Below are positions 36,051 through 45,573 of a stretch of 64,000 bases of DNA, one piece after another. The stretch spans positions 1,184,001 to 1,248,000 of the forward strand of contig CBDCVR010000015.1 of assembly GCA_965223155.1 (NCBI GenBank), written 5' to 3'. The notes under the pieces were generated by a model, which did no database searches, was not told the DNA's origin, and worked only from the letters and a program-made list of their open reading frames with translations. Numbering within the stretch: position 1 is the stretch's first letter; every line of letters begins with the position of its first letter. The translations under genes and the position numbers were made by a program. The DNA comes from Candidatus Multivoradales bacterium. Lineage in GTDB: Bacteria > Acidobacteriota > Thermoanaerobaculia > Multivoradales > JAHEKO01.

Positions 36051-38204
36051 GTGTCGAAACTACAAGCCTTGGTGCTGGCGGTGATTGGATCGCTGGCAGT
36101 TCCCGCTCTTGCCGCTGCCCAGGTGGCGGACTACCGGGAGATCCAGTTTCCCGAGCTCGAACGGTTCGAGATTCCGCGGCCGGAGACCTTCCAGCTCGAC
36201 AACGGGCTCACGGTCTTCTTGCTCGAGGATCACGAGCTGCCGCTGGTCCAGGTCGTGGCTCGGGTGCGGACCGGCGGGGTCTGGGAGCCGGCGGAGAAGA
36301 TCGGTCTGGCGTCGCTTTTCGGCAGCGTGCAGCGTACCGGCGGCACGGTTGAGATGACCGGCGACGAGATGGACAACTTTCTGGAGGCTCGGGCGGCCTC
36401 GGTCGAGACCAGCGCGGGCCGGACCGTCGGCTTCGCCTCGATGGATTGCCTGGCGGACGATCTCGACGAGGTGCTGCCGGTGTTTCGGGACGTCTTGCGC
36501 CGGCCGGTCTTCGAGGCGGACAAGCTCGAGATCGCCAAGGCGCAGGCGCGGACCGGCATCGCCCGGCGCAACGACAACGTCCAAGCCATTACGGCGCGCG
36601 AGTTCTCGCGCCTTGTGTACGGGCTCGACTCGCCGCTTTCGAGACTCCAGGAGTATGCGACCGTGGCGGCCGTGACCCGTGACGACCTCCTCGCCTGGCA
36701 CCAGCGCTTCTACCATCCGAACAACATCCTGCTGGGCGTGGTCGGAGACTTCGATCCGGTGACGATCCGCTCGACGCTGGAGTCGGCCTTTGGCGATTGG
36801 CCTCGTGGTCCGGACGCGCCGATGCCCGAGCTCCCGTACCGCGAAGAGCCGACCGCCGGCGTCTACTTCATCGAGAAGGAAGACGTCACCCAAGCCAACG
36901 TCCGCGCCGGCCACCTAGGCATCACCTACGAGGACCCCGACTTCTTCGCGATCCAGGTGATGAACGAGATCCTGAGCGGAGGCTTTTCCGGGCGGATTCT
37001 CCGGAACATCCGTTCGGAGAAGGGCCTGGCCTATAGCGCCGGCGGTGGCGTCGGCGCCGCGTTCGCCTTTCCGGGAATCGCCGGCTTCGGTCTCCAGACC
37101 AAGTCCGAGACCATGGGTGAGGCGGTCGATGCCCTCTTCGAGGAGCTCGAAGGCATGATCGTGAACCCGGCGACCGATGCCGAGCTCGGGCGCGCCAAGG
37201 ACACGATCCTCAACTCGTTCATCTTCAACTACGCCTCGAAGCGTCAGATTCTGGGGCAGCAAATGCTCTACGCGTACTACGGCATGCCGGCCGACTTTCT
37301 CGAGACCTACCGGTCGCGAATCGAAGACGTCACGGCGGCCGACGTGGCGCGAGTGGCCAGCGAACACCTGCACCCGGACCGGGCAACGCTCCTGGTCGTG
37401 GGCAGGTCGGCCGACTTCGACCGGCCGGTTTCGACTCTTGGAGAGGTCACGACTCTGGACATCACGATCCCGCCGCCGCCGGCGGAGCCGGCCGTGATAG
37501 CGCCGGCCGACCTTTCGGACGCGGCCAAGGCGCGCGCCCGAGCGGCGTTCGAGCGCATGGTGGCGGCGGTCGGCGGCGCCGACCCGGCCGGGGTCGACTC
37601 GGTCAAGACCCAGACCCGAGTCAACGTTTCAATGGGCGGCCAGGCTATGACGCTGACCCAAACTTCGACCGTGGCCTTCCCGGATCGCGTGGCCACGGCG
37701 CTCGAGACCCCGATGGGTGTGCAGGAGATCATCATCAACGGCGACCGCGGGATCCTGCGGGCCGCCGGGCAGACCCAAGTGATTCCCGGCGAGCGGGTCC
37801 GGGAGCGCCTGGCGGACCTGGTGCGTGATCTTTTCGGCTTGGCGCGGCGGGGAGCCATTGCCGGACCGGACGAGATCGAGTTGACCCTGGTGGGAGAGGA
37901 GTCGATCGAGGACGGCGCGGTGGACGTCGTGCGGGTGGCGATCGAGGGCGTCGCGACCCGGCTTTGGATCGACGCCGAGGGACGGGTCGCGAAGCAAGCG
38001 TTCGAGAGCTCGCACCCGATGACCGGTGCTCCGGGCCGTTTCGAGGTGTCCTATTCGAACTACCGCGAGGTGGAAGGCCGGTGGTTTCCGTTCGCCCGAT
38101 CGACCACCATCGATGGCGAGGCGTTCGCGGAGACGATGGTCGAATCGGTTCAATTCGATCCGCCGGTCGATCCCGAACGCTTCGCGCTGCCTGACGACTC
38201 CTAG
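36051..38204 (+). CDS. M16 peptidase non-catalytic partner with ~230-aa C-terminal beta-rich extension
   Basis: Signal peptide; LDNGL..EDHELP; no HXXEH; R/Y pair IRSEKGLAY; extension ending YSNYREVEGRWFPF..DPERFALP. GTG 36051 follows GAGGAG. Confidence 0.8.
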   Translation: MSKLQALVLAVIGSLAVPALAAAQVADYREIQFPELERFEIPRPETFQLDNGLTVFLLEDHELPLVQVVARVRTGGVWEPAEKIGLASLFGSVQRTGGTVEMTGDEMDNFLEARAASVETSAGRTVGFASMDCLADDLDEVLPVFRDVLRRPVFEADKLEIAKAQARTGIARRNDNVQAITAREFSRLVYGLDSPLSRLQEYATVAAVTRDDLLAWHQRFYHPNNILLGVVGDFDPVTIRSTLESAFGDWPRGPDAPMPELPYREEPTAGVYFIEKEDVTQANVRAGHLGITYEDPDFFAIQVMNEILSGGFSGRILRNIRSEKGLAYSAGGGVGAAFAFPGIAGFGLQTKSETMGEAVDALFEELEGMIVNPATDAELGRAKDTILNSFIFNYASKRQILGQQMLYAYYGMPADFLETYRSRIEDVTAADVARVASEHLHPDRATLLVVGRSADFDRPVSTLGEVTTLDITIPPPPAEPAVIAPADLSDAAKARARAAFERMVAAVGGADPAGVDSVKTQTRVNVSMGGQAMTLTQTSTVAFPDRVATALETPMGVQEIIINGDRGILRAAGQTQVIPGERVRERLADLVRDLFGLARRGAIAGPDEIELTLVGEESIEDGAVDVVRVAIEGVATRLWIDAEGRVAKQAFESSHPMTGAPGRFEVSYSNYREVEGRWFPFARSTTIDGEAFAETMVESVQFDPPVDPERFALPDDS

Positions 38205-38545
38205 GCGGCCGGCATCGCCGCGGCCGGTTTTCGGGTGCTTTCCGACCGCTAAGTGCCATGTCTAGGAGACTTCTCGCGATCCGAAAAATTGGATTGCGGG
38301 AGTTGCCATTTTCGACGCGAAACGCAACCCGGACAAGGTTGAAACCCTAGGGTGAATTCGTTAGCCTCCGCGAGTCGGAGACAGCGAATCCTGGCACGGA
38401 TGCTCAAGCCGTTTCGGCTTCTACTTATTCACCAGAATGTCACGCTAAGGACCCTTGGCTGAGCCTAGACTTGGTCTGCGGCGTTTCGCCAAGTGCGGCC
38501 TCGACAGAGGTTCGCACGACCATCAAATCGTTTGTCGAGTCGATT

Positions 38546-38574
38546 CCACTGTAATTCGACCCACTGTACTTCGA
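38546..38574 (+). repeat. Tandem direct repeat CCACTGTA(A/C)TTCGA x2 abutting the RBS
   Basis: 38546-59 and 38561-74, 13/14 identical; AGGAGG at 38576-81. Confidence 0.7.
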
Positions 38575-38593
38575 TAGGAGGATCTCTCGCGTC

Positions 38594-41521
38594 ATGAGAC
38601 GACTAGCCGTTTTGCTTCTCGCTTTGGCGGTCGGCATGTTTCTGCCGATCGGCTGGGCGAACGCGCAGCAGGCCCTGGGCACGATCCAGGGCTCCGTCAC
38701 CGACGAGTCGGGTGCCGCTTTGCCTGGCGCTTCGGTCGAGGTGGTCAACGCCGAGACCGGCGTATCCCGTACCGCCTTCAGTAACTCCGAAGGCTTCTAT
38801 TCGGCCAAGGCTCTGCAGCCTGGCGTCTACAACGTCACCGCGTCGCTCGAGGGCATGCAGGCCCAGCGCAGCGAGGGCGTGTCCGTCCTGGTCGGTCAGA
38901 CCGTGGACATCGACTTCGAGCTGGGCGTCGAGTCGGTCAGCGAAGCCATTACCGTCACCGGTGAGGCGCCGTTGATCGAGGCTTCGCGCTCGAGCGCCGC
39001 CAACTACGTGTCCGAGGTCGAGGTCGAGAACCTGCCGACCGCCGGCCGCGACTTCACCGACTTCGCCCTGCTGACCCCGACCGTTCAGCCTGACAACGAC
39101 CGCGGCTTCTTGACTATGAGCGGTCAGCGCGGCATCTACACCGGTCTCAACGTCGACGGCACGGCCGCTACCAGCGCGTTCTTCGGCTACGGCCGCGGCG
39201 GTGAAGCGACCGAGAACGGCGGCCTGGTCGTGGCTCAGGACTCGGTCAAGGAGTTCCAAGTCGTAACCAGCGCCTTCGCGCCCGAGTACGGCGCCAACGG
39301 CGGCGGCTACATCAACGTGGTGACCAAGTCGGGCACCAACGATCTCCAGGGCTCGGTCTTCTACCTGTTCCAGGACGACGGCATGGCCGGGGATCTGGAT
39401 CGTTCGCCGCTCGATCAGTCGCGCGGCCGCACCACGCCGATCGAGCCCACGGCCTTCGATCGCACCAACTACAGCTTCTCGATCGGTGGCCCGATCACCA
39501 AGGACCGGACCCACTTCTTCTTCACCGGCGACCAGGCCAACAGAGAGAGTCCGATCATCCGGACCATCGACACCCCCGGTCTGTACGACGACATCCTGTC
39601 GATGGAATCCGTGATTCCGGGAATCTCCACCCTTCTGGACGGGTTCACTCGCGAGGCCGATGGCACCGCTACCGGCAACTTCACCCGCGATGTCGACAAC
39701 CTCATCATCTTGGGCAAGATCGATCATCAGCTGACGGACTCGAACTCGCTCACCGGGCGCGTCAACTTCACCGACTACGAGCTCCTGTCGAGCTTCAAGG
39801 ACGAGGAGTCGCAGAAGCTCGAGGAGACTTCCTCATGGGTGATCTCGGACGTCGCCGTCATCGGCTCCGACAAGGTCAACGAGGCCCGTCTGCAACTTGC
39901 CACCGACGAGCTGGACCGCCTGTCGCAGCGTGTGGGCAGCCCGTTCGAGGCTCAGATCCGATTCCGTTACGGCGAGGGCGACAGCCTCGGCAAGTTCGAC
40001 TTCCTGCCGATCTTCGTCGAGGAGAACAAGCTTCAGTTCCAGGACAACTTCTCGTATCTCTTCGGCAGCCACGATCTGAAGTTCGGTCTCGACTACCAGC
40101 GCGACGACCTGAAGCAGCTCTTTGCCGGGTCGCTGGACGGCCGCTACGACTTCCGGTCGCGTGAGGACTTCCTGGCCAACAACGCCGCTGGAGCGCGTAT
40201 CTACTTCGGCGACGTGACCTTCCCGAACTACGACGAGACCCAGGAGCTCTGGGGTGTCTACGCTCAGGACACGGTCAAGCCCAACGCCAACCTTACGGTC
40301 AACTACGGCTTCCGCTACGGTGCCACTATCAACCCCGACGGCCTGGCGCACTTGCTGCCGCAGGCGCGGGACATTCCGGATGACACCGACAACTTCGAGC
40401 CGCGTTTCGGCATTACCTACGCCCCGGGCGGCTCGGGTGACCACATCATCCGCGCCGGCTTCGGCATCTTCCACGGCCGTACCCCGAGCCTGATCTTCGC
40501 GAGCCAGGTTCAGGAGAACGGTCTCTTCCCGAACTTTGGGCGCGTCTTCGTGAGCCCCGGCGATCCCGGGTTCGTGCCGCTCGGTACTCCGATCGACAAC
40601 GAGAACCCGCCGCTCGACACCATCCCGTCGGTCGGCTTCGTGGATCCGTCCTTCGAGGACGCCGAGTTCACGCGCTTCAACTTCGGCTACGAGCGGAGTC
40701 TGGGTGGCGACTGGACGGGTGGCATCGACCTCGTCTACTCCGAGGGTGAGAACCTGCAGTCCAACGTCGATATCAACCGGACGATGACGTTCGATCAGTT
40801 CGGCCGTCCGCAGTTCTCCTCGACCCGGCCCGATGCCAACTTCGACACCCAGCTTACCCGCCAGTCGATCGGCGAGTCCGAGTACCAAGCTCTTACGTTC
40901 AAGGTGAACAAGCGCTACAACGGGCGCTACCAGCTCCAGGCGCACTACACCTACGGCGAGGATATGGACAACGACTCGAACGAGCGCTCGGCGACCGGCC
41001 AGTCGCTGTCGACCGGCGGTAACGACCGCTCACTCTGGAATCCCAACTACGATTGGGGTCGTTCCGTGCGCGACGTCAAGAACCGCCTGGTCGTAAGCGG
41101 CCTGGTGGAGTTGCCCTACGACTTCCGGATCTCCGGCATCGTAGACGTACGCTCCGGTCTGCCCTACAACCCGACCGACGCGAGCTTCGATTTCTCGTCG
41201 TGCGGTTTCTTCAGCCTGGGCTTCAACTGTGTTGACGCCCGCCCGGTGGCCAACGGCCAGGTGCTCGAGCGCAACGCCTTCCGCAACGACTCGATCGAGG
41301 ACGTAGACGTTCGCCTGTCGAAGTTCTTCGAGTTTGGCGATCGCTATGAGGTGGATGTCTTCGTCGAGGTCTTCAACCTGTTCGACGAGCAGACCTTCGC
41401 GGTTTGCGATGGCTTTACTTGCGACAGCCAGCGCGATCCGTCGCGCTCGGACTTTGGCCTGGGCTCGGCGCGGGTAACGCTGCCGCGCATCTACCAGTTC
41501 GGCGTCCGCTTCAACTTCTAG
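38594..41521 (+). CDS. TonB-dependent receptor, Oar-like, with N-terminal carboxypeptidase-regulatory-like domain
   Basis: GTIQGSVTDESGAALPGA, LPTAGRDF, DSVKEFQV, EYG..GG.INVVTKSGTN, C-terminal QFGVRFNF. Confidence 0.92.
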   Translation: MRRLAVLLLALAVGMFLPIGWANAQQALGTIQGSVTDESGAALPGASVEVVNAETGVSRTAFSNSEGFYSAKALQPGVYNVTASLEGMQAQRSEGVSVLVGQTVDIDFELGVESVSEAITVTGEAPLIEASRSSAANYVSEVEVENLPTAGRDFTDFALLTPTVQPDNDRGFLTMSGQRGIYTGLNVDGTAATSAFFGYGRGGEATENGGLVVAQDSVKEFQVVTSAFAPEYGANGGGYINVVTKSGTNDLQGSVFYLFQDDGMAGDLDRSPLDQSRGRTTPIEPTAFDRTNYSFSIGGPITKDRTHFFFTGDQANRESPIIRTIDTPGLYDDILSMESVIPGISTLLDGFTREADGTATGNFTRDVDNLIILGKIDHQLTDSNSLTGRVNFTDYELLSSFKDEESQKLEETSSWVISDVAVIGSDKVNEARLQLATDELDRLSQRVGSPFEAQIRFRYGEGDSLGKFDFLPIFVEENKLQFQDNFSYLFGSHDLKFGLDYQRDDLKQLFAGSLDGRYDFRSREDFLANNAAGARIYFGDVTFPNYDETQELWGVYAQDTVKPNANLTVNYGFRYGATINPDGLAHLLPQARDIPDDTDNFEPRFGITYAPGGSGDHIIRAGFGIFHGRTPSLIFASQVQENGLFPNFGRVFVSPGDPGFVPLGTPIDNENPPLDTIPSVGFVDPSFEDAEFTRFNFGYERSLGGDWTGGIDLVYSEGENLQSNVDINRTMTFDQFGRPQFSSTRPDANFDTQLTRQSIGESEYQALTFKVNKRYNGRYQLQAHYTYGEDMDNDSNERSATGQSLSTGGNDRSLWNPNYDWGRSVRDVKNRLVVSGLVELPYDFRISGIVDVRSGLPYNPTDASFDFSSCGFFSLGFNCVDARPVANGQVLERNAFRNDSIEDVDVRLSKFFEFGDRYEVDVFVEVFNLFDEQTFAVCDGFTCDSQRDPSRSDFGLGSARVTLPRIYQFGVRFNF

Positions 41522-41544
41522 CGCGCCGGCGATCTCGTCTCTCG

Positions 41545-41575
41545 AAGGGCCCCGCTCCGCGGGGCCCTTTTTTTT
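41545..41575 (+). terminator. Rho-independent terminator
   Basis: AAGGGCCCCGC-TCC-GCGGGGCCC followed by 8 Ts. Confidence 0.88.
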
Positions 41576-41695
41576 GGTGGGCGCCGGGACCGGGTCGGTG
41601 CCCAACAGGCGGTCCGGGCTGGGTCTCGCCATCGGGCCTCGGCCGAGCCTTCAGAGCTCGAAGCGACGCCGCCGGCAGGGGAAGGACCCCCGGGT

Positions 41696-43270
41696 TCAGC
41701 GTTGGACGGCTTCGGTACCGGTCTCGGCTGCGGCTTCGGTCTTGGCTTGGGCGCGCTCGCGGGCCAAATCCCGGGCCCGGCGGAGCTCTTCGCTATCGAT
41801 GCCGGCGGCAAGCGCCCGGTCGAAGTGCGCGAGCGCGACCGCGTAGCGTTCTTGGCGGAAGGCCAGAACGGCGGCGAGCTCGTGCGCCTCACCCGAGCTC
41901 GGACTGAGCCGCAGGAGTTCGTCGAGAGCCTCTTCGGCGTCGGGCAGCCGGCCGAGCTCCAGGAGAAACCGGGTCGCCAGATAGTGGTGCTCGAGTCGGC
42001 CGGGATCCGCTTCCAGGGCGCGCGCGGCGGCCGAGTACGCTTCCTCGGTACGGCCCAGGGAGGCCAAGAGCTTGGCGCGGAAGGCGAGAGCCCGGCCGTG
42101 GGTCGGAACCTCGGCCAGAAGGGTGTCAACGGTCTGGAGCGCCTCGGTCAGACGCCCGGACTGCGCTTCCTCGATGGCCTGGCTGAGGAGGCGCCCGCGG
42201 CGTCCGGCCTGGGCGTCCACCTGGTCCATCCGTTCGCGAAGCTCCGCGAAACGACGCCGCGCCGCGGCGGCTTGCTCGGTTCGCCCCAGGCGGCTCAGGG
42301 CCTCGGCCCGCCGGAACGGGACCTCCGGATCTTGGGGAGCGAGCTGCCCGGCGTGGTCGAGATGGGTCAGAGCTTCCTCCGGACGGTCCTGAGCCAACAA
42401 GAGGCCGGCCAGCTCGAGCCGCTGGGTGACGCCGTCGCGGCCGGCCGCGAGGACCGACTCCAGAGTGTCGATCGCCTCCTGGCCACGTTCCGGAACCTTG
42501 GCCTGGGCAAGGCCGAGGAGCAAGTGGAGCCCCACATCCTCCGGAAACCGTTCGAGGCCCTTGTGAGCGCTGGCTAGCGCGTCTTCGACCCGGCCCTCAG
42601 CCAGAAGCAGCATGCCCAGGTCGGAGAAGAGGCGGGGATGGGGCGTTGCTTGTTCCAGACCTCGTTCCAGGACCGAGAGGGCCTCCGCGCGCCGGTCGAG
42701 GTCGCGAAGCAGGATGGCCGCGAGAAGGTACCCTTCGAGCCGCTCGGGATCCCGTTCGCGTGCCCGTGCGAGCGCCGCGAGCGCCGGTTGGACGGCGCCG
42801 TACCGGGCCAGGGTGCGGCCGCGGGCGAGCTCGACCGCGCCCAGCGGACGGCCCTCGGGGGCGAGCTCGGCCGCGGTGGCGAGGTGGGCCAGGGCCGGAC
42901 CCAGCTCGCCGGCCGCTTCGGCCACCAGGCCCAGGCCCAGAGCGGCACGGTAGTCGGTCGGATCCAGCTGGCGCGCCCGGGCAAACCGCTCACGGGCCTG
43001 GTCCAGGCGGCCGGCCTCGAAGTCCGAGGCGGCCTGGGCCAGAAGACCGCTGGCCTCGGGAGGTCTCTCGGTGCCGGGCTGGTCCGCCGCTCCGATCGGG
43101 GGCGCGGCGAAGCCGAGGCCAAAGACCAAACCAAGAATCAAGAGCGCCGGTGCCAGACCGCCGCCGGCCGTGCTTGCCCAGCCTCGGCGCTGTCCCGAGC
43201 CGAGCCGGGCAGGCCTATCCAGTCCGGCGGACAGACTTGGGCGCTGGCTCGGGAAGCGCGACTCGTGCAT
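41696..43270 (-). CDS. Exported tetratricopeptide-repeat protein
   Basis: Many TPR-like units (ARQLDPTD, ERDPER, QLAPQDPE, EADPGR, RLSPSSGE); hydrophobic N-terminal segment; TGcTACCAT -10 element 7 bp before ATG 43270. Confidence 0.75.
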   Translation of the reverse strand: MHESRFPSQRPSLSAGLDRPARLGSGQRRGWASTAGGGLAPALLILGLVFGLGFAAPPIGAADQPGTERPPEASGLLAQAASDFEAGRLDQARERFARARQLDPTDYRAALGLGLVAEAAGELGPALAHLATAAELAPEGRPLGAVELARGRTLARYGAVQPALAALARARERDPERLEGYLLAAILLRDLDRRAEALSVLERGLEQATPHPRLFSDLGMLLLAEGRVEDALASAHKGLERFPEDVGLHLLLGLAQAKVPERGQEAIDTLESVLAAGRDGVTQRLELAGLLLAQDRPEEALTHLDHAGQLAPQDPEVPFRRAEALSRLGRTEQAAAARRRFAELRERMDQVDAQAGRRGRLLSQAIEEAQSGRLTEALQTVDTLLAEVPTHGRALAFRAKLLASLGRTEEAYSAAARALEADPGRLEHHYLATRFLLELGRLPDAEEALDELLRLSPSSGEAHELAAVLAFRQERYAVALAHFDRALAAGIDSEELRRARDLARERAQAKTEAAAETGTEAVQR

Positions 43271-43419
43271 CTCGAGGATGGTAGCAAGGGGTTTCGACCG
43301 GCGGGTGGCGGGCGTGGGTCCGGTACGCGTGGGTCGGTACGGTCGCAAGCCTCGCCGCTTCGGCCGCTTGCCGCCTCTCGCGACGAATGCCGTTGAAACG
43401 AGCGGGCTAGACTCGAGCC

Positions 43420-44370
43420 GTGCGTGGTCTCTGGCTCGAGAACGGTGTCATTCGGCTTCGGGACGATCTCGATCTCCCGAAGCCTCCGGACGGCGAGGCT
43501 CTGCTTCGGGTCCTGCGAGCGGGCGTCTGCTCGACCGATCTCGAATTGGTGCGCGGCTACTATCCCTTCACCGGCATCCTCGGTCACGAGTTCGTGGGAG
43601 TCGTCGAGCAAGGCGGCGGCGAGCTCGCCGGCCGGCGCGTGGTTGGCGAGATCAACGCTGTCTGCGGGAGCTGCCGGGAATGCCGGGCCGGTCGCCGAAG
43701 TCATTGCCGGCGGCGCACGGTCTTGGGGATTGCCGGCCGAAACGGCGCTTTCGCCGAGTTTCTGACTCTGCCGGTCGAGAACCTCCACCCGGTGCCGCCG
43801 GAACTGGCCGAGGAGTGCGCCACCTTCGTCGAGCCACTGGCGGCGGCGCTCGAGATCCTCGAGCAGGTCTCGATCGGGGAGGCTGAGCGCGTCCTCCTCG
43901 TGGGAGACGGACGGCTCGGGCTCTTGATCGCTCAGGTTCTGAGGCGGACCGGGTGCCGGCTCGAGGTCGTCAGCCGGCGCGAACGCAAGCGCCAGCTACT
44001 GGCCGGTTGGGCGATTCCCACGATCGATACGGCTGAGATCGAGGCGGCGGCCTACGACGTCGCGGTCGAAGCCACGGGACGGCCCGAGGGGTTCGATCTC
44101 GCGCGCCGGGCCTTGCGCCCGCGCGGCACCCTGGTCTTGAAGTCGACCTACGCCGGGTCGCTCGAGCTCGACGCCTCGAGCCTGGTGGTCGACGAGATCA
44201 CGGTCGTCGGATCGCGCTGCGGCCCATTTCCGCCGGCGATCGGGCTCCTGGCCAACGACGAGATCGAAGTCTCGGCCTTGATCGACGCCGAGCTGCCGCT
44301 CGATCGCGCGGAGGCCGCATTCGACCTCGCGGACCAGCCGGGCGCGCTCAAGATCCTCCTCGCCCCGTAG
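43420..44370 (+). CDS. Zinc-dependent alcohol dehydrogenase (MDR family)
   Basis: GVCSTD, GHEFVG, structural CxxCxxC..C, EPLAA, GDGRLG, GSRCGPF. Confidence 0.88.
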   Translation: MRGLWLENGVIRLRDDLDLPKPPDGEALLRVLRAGVCSTDLELVRGYYPFTGILGHEFVGVVEQGGGELAGRRVVGEINAVCGSCRECRAGRRSHCRRRTVLGIAGRNGAFAEFLTLPVENLHPVPPELAEECATFVEPLAAALEILEQVSIGEAERVLLVGDGRLGLLIAQVLRRTGCRLEVVSRRERKRQLLAGWAIPTIDTAEIEAAAYDVAVEATGRPEGFDLARRALRPRGTLVLKSTYAGSLELDASSLVVDEITVVGSRCGPFPPAIGLLANDEIEVSALIDAELPLDRAEAAFDLADQPGALKILLAP

Positions 44371-44542
44371 GTGGCCCGGACGCCGGTCAGGGCCGGCCTG
44401 TGTCGGTCCGCGGCGGTCCGGGCCGCGACCGCGGAAAATGATTCCGGAACCGGTCCGAGAGCGCTATCATCCGGCGATACCTGGACTCCAGTCCGAGCTC
44501 CACGCCGGGAAGCGGGCCTGTGTCCGCTCGCCGGGGGACCCG

Positions 44543-45445
44543 ATGAGCGACGCCCATCCCAAGATTTTCACCGATCTGCCCGACGAGATTCGAGATCTGC
44601 GCGACGCGGCCGCGATCGTCATCCCGGTCCCGTACGACCTGACCTCGAGCTGGCTCCGGGGCTCGGCCGCGGGCCCGGAGGCGATCCTGGAGGCCTCCCA
44701 GTACGTCGAGGTCTGGGACATCGAGACTGCAAGCGAGCCTTGGCGCTCGGGCATCGTCTGGGGAGATCCGGTCCGGTTCGACGGCCCTCCCGACGAGCTC
44801 GCCCTGCGGGTGGACGAGATCGTGGTCACCGCCTTCGGCCACAAGCAGCTTCCCATCGTCGTGGGCGGCGAGCATTCGGTGACCCTGGGAGCCGCGCGGG
44901 CGGCGGCCAACGTCTACCCGGAGGTCACCATCCTCCAGATCGACGCCCATGCCGACACGCGCCAGACCTACCGCGGCACGGCCTACGGCCACGCCAGCGT
45001 CATGGCCCGCATTCGCGAGCACTCTCCGATCGTGCAGGTGGGAATTCGGAGCGTCGATACCGAGGAGGTGCCGGATCTCGATCTGGACCGGGTGTTCTGG
45101 GCCAAGGACATCGTCGCCGACCGGGATCAGGCCTGGATCGACGCGGTCGTGGACCGTCTGTCGAACGAGGTCTACGTGACCATCGACATGGACGGCTTCG
45201 ATCCATCCTTGGTGCCGGCGACTGGCACCCCGGAGCCCGGCGGGCTGGGCTGGTACGAAGTCAATGACCTGCTGGCGCGGGTCGCCGCTTCCCGGCGCGT
45301 GGTGGGCTTCGACGTCGTCGAGCTGCTGCCCGGTCATCCGCCCTCGGCGTTTCTGGCCGCCAAGCTGATCTACCGCTTCCTGGCGGAGATCCAGGCAGCG
45401 GACCGGGCCCGGGAATCGGGCGAGCGGCCGGGACCGATCGAATAG
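44543..45445 (+). CDS. speB: Agmatinase (ureohydrolase family)
   Basis: PVPYD, GP.AILEAS, GGEHSVT, DAHAD, DMDGFDPS..PATGTPEPGG. Confidence 0.85.
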   Translation: MSDAHPKIFTDLPDEIRDLRDAAAIVIPVPYDLTSSWLRGSAAGPEAILEASQYVEVWDIETASEPWRSGIVWGDPVRFDGPPDELALRVDEIVVTAFGHKQLPIVVGGEHSVTLGAARAAANVYPEVTILQIDAHADTRQTYRGTAYGHASVMARIREHSPIVQVGIRSVDTEEVPDLDLDRVFWAKDIVADRDQAWIDAVVDRLSNEVYVTIDMDGFDPSLVPATGTPEPGGLGWYEVNDLLARVAASRRVVGFDVVELLPGHPPSAFLAAKLIYRFLAEIQAADRARESGERPGPIE

Positions 45446-45573
45446 CAAGCGGTCTTCGATCCGGAGCCGGATCCCGGCCAGAGCGAGCCGCTCAGGCTCG
45501 ACTCTTGCGGTTCGACCCCTGCTACACTCCGCCTTCCTTCGCTCCTCGGCGCCGCCCGTCCCGGCAAGCTTCC

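Noticed and set aside
38391-38407. Sigma54 promoter (CTGGCACG)
   Set aside because: No GC at the required -12 position.
38546-38574. Cobalamin riboswitch suggested by CCACTGTAA before a TonB-dependent receptor
   Set aside because: The GGGAA, GGGAAG and B12-box (AGYCAG.AGACC) elements are missing, and the motif abuts the RBS with no room for the rest.
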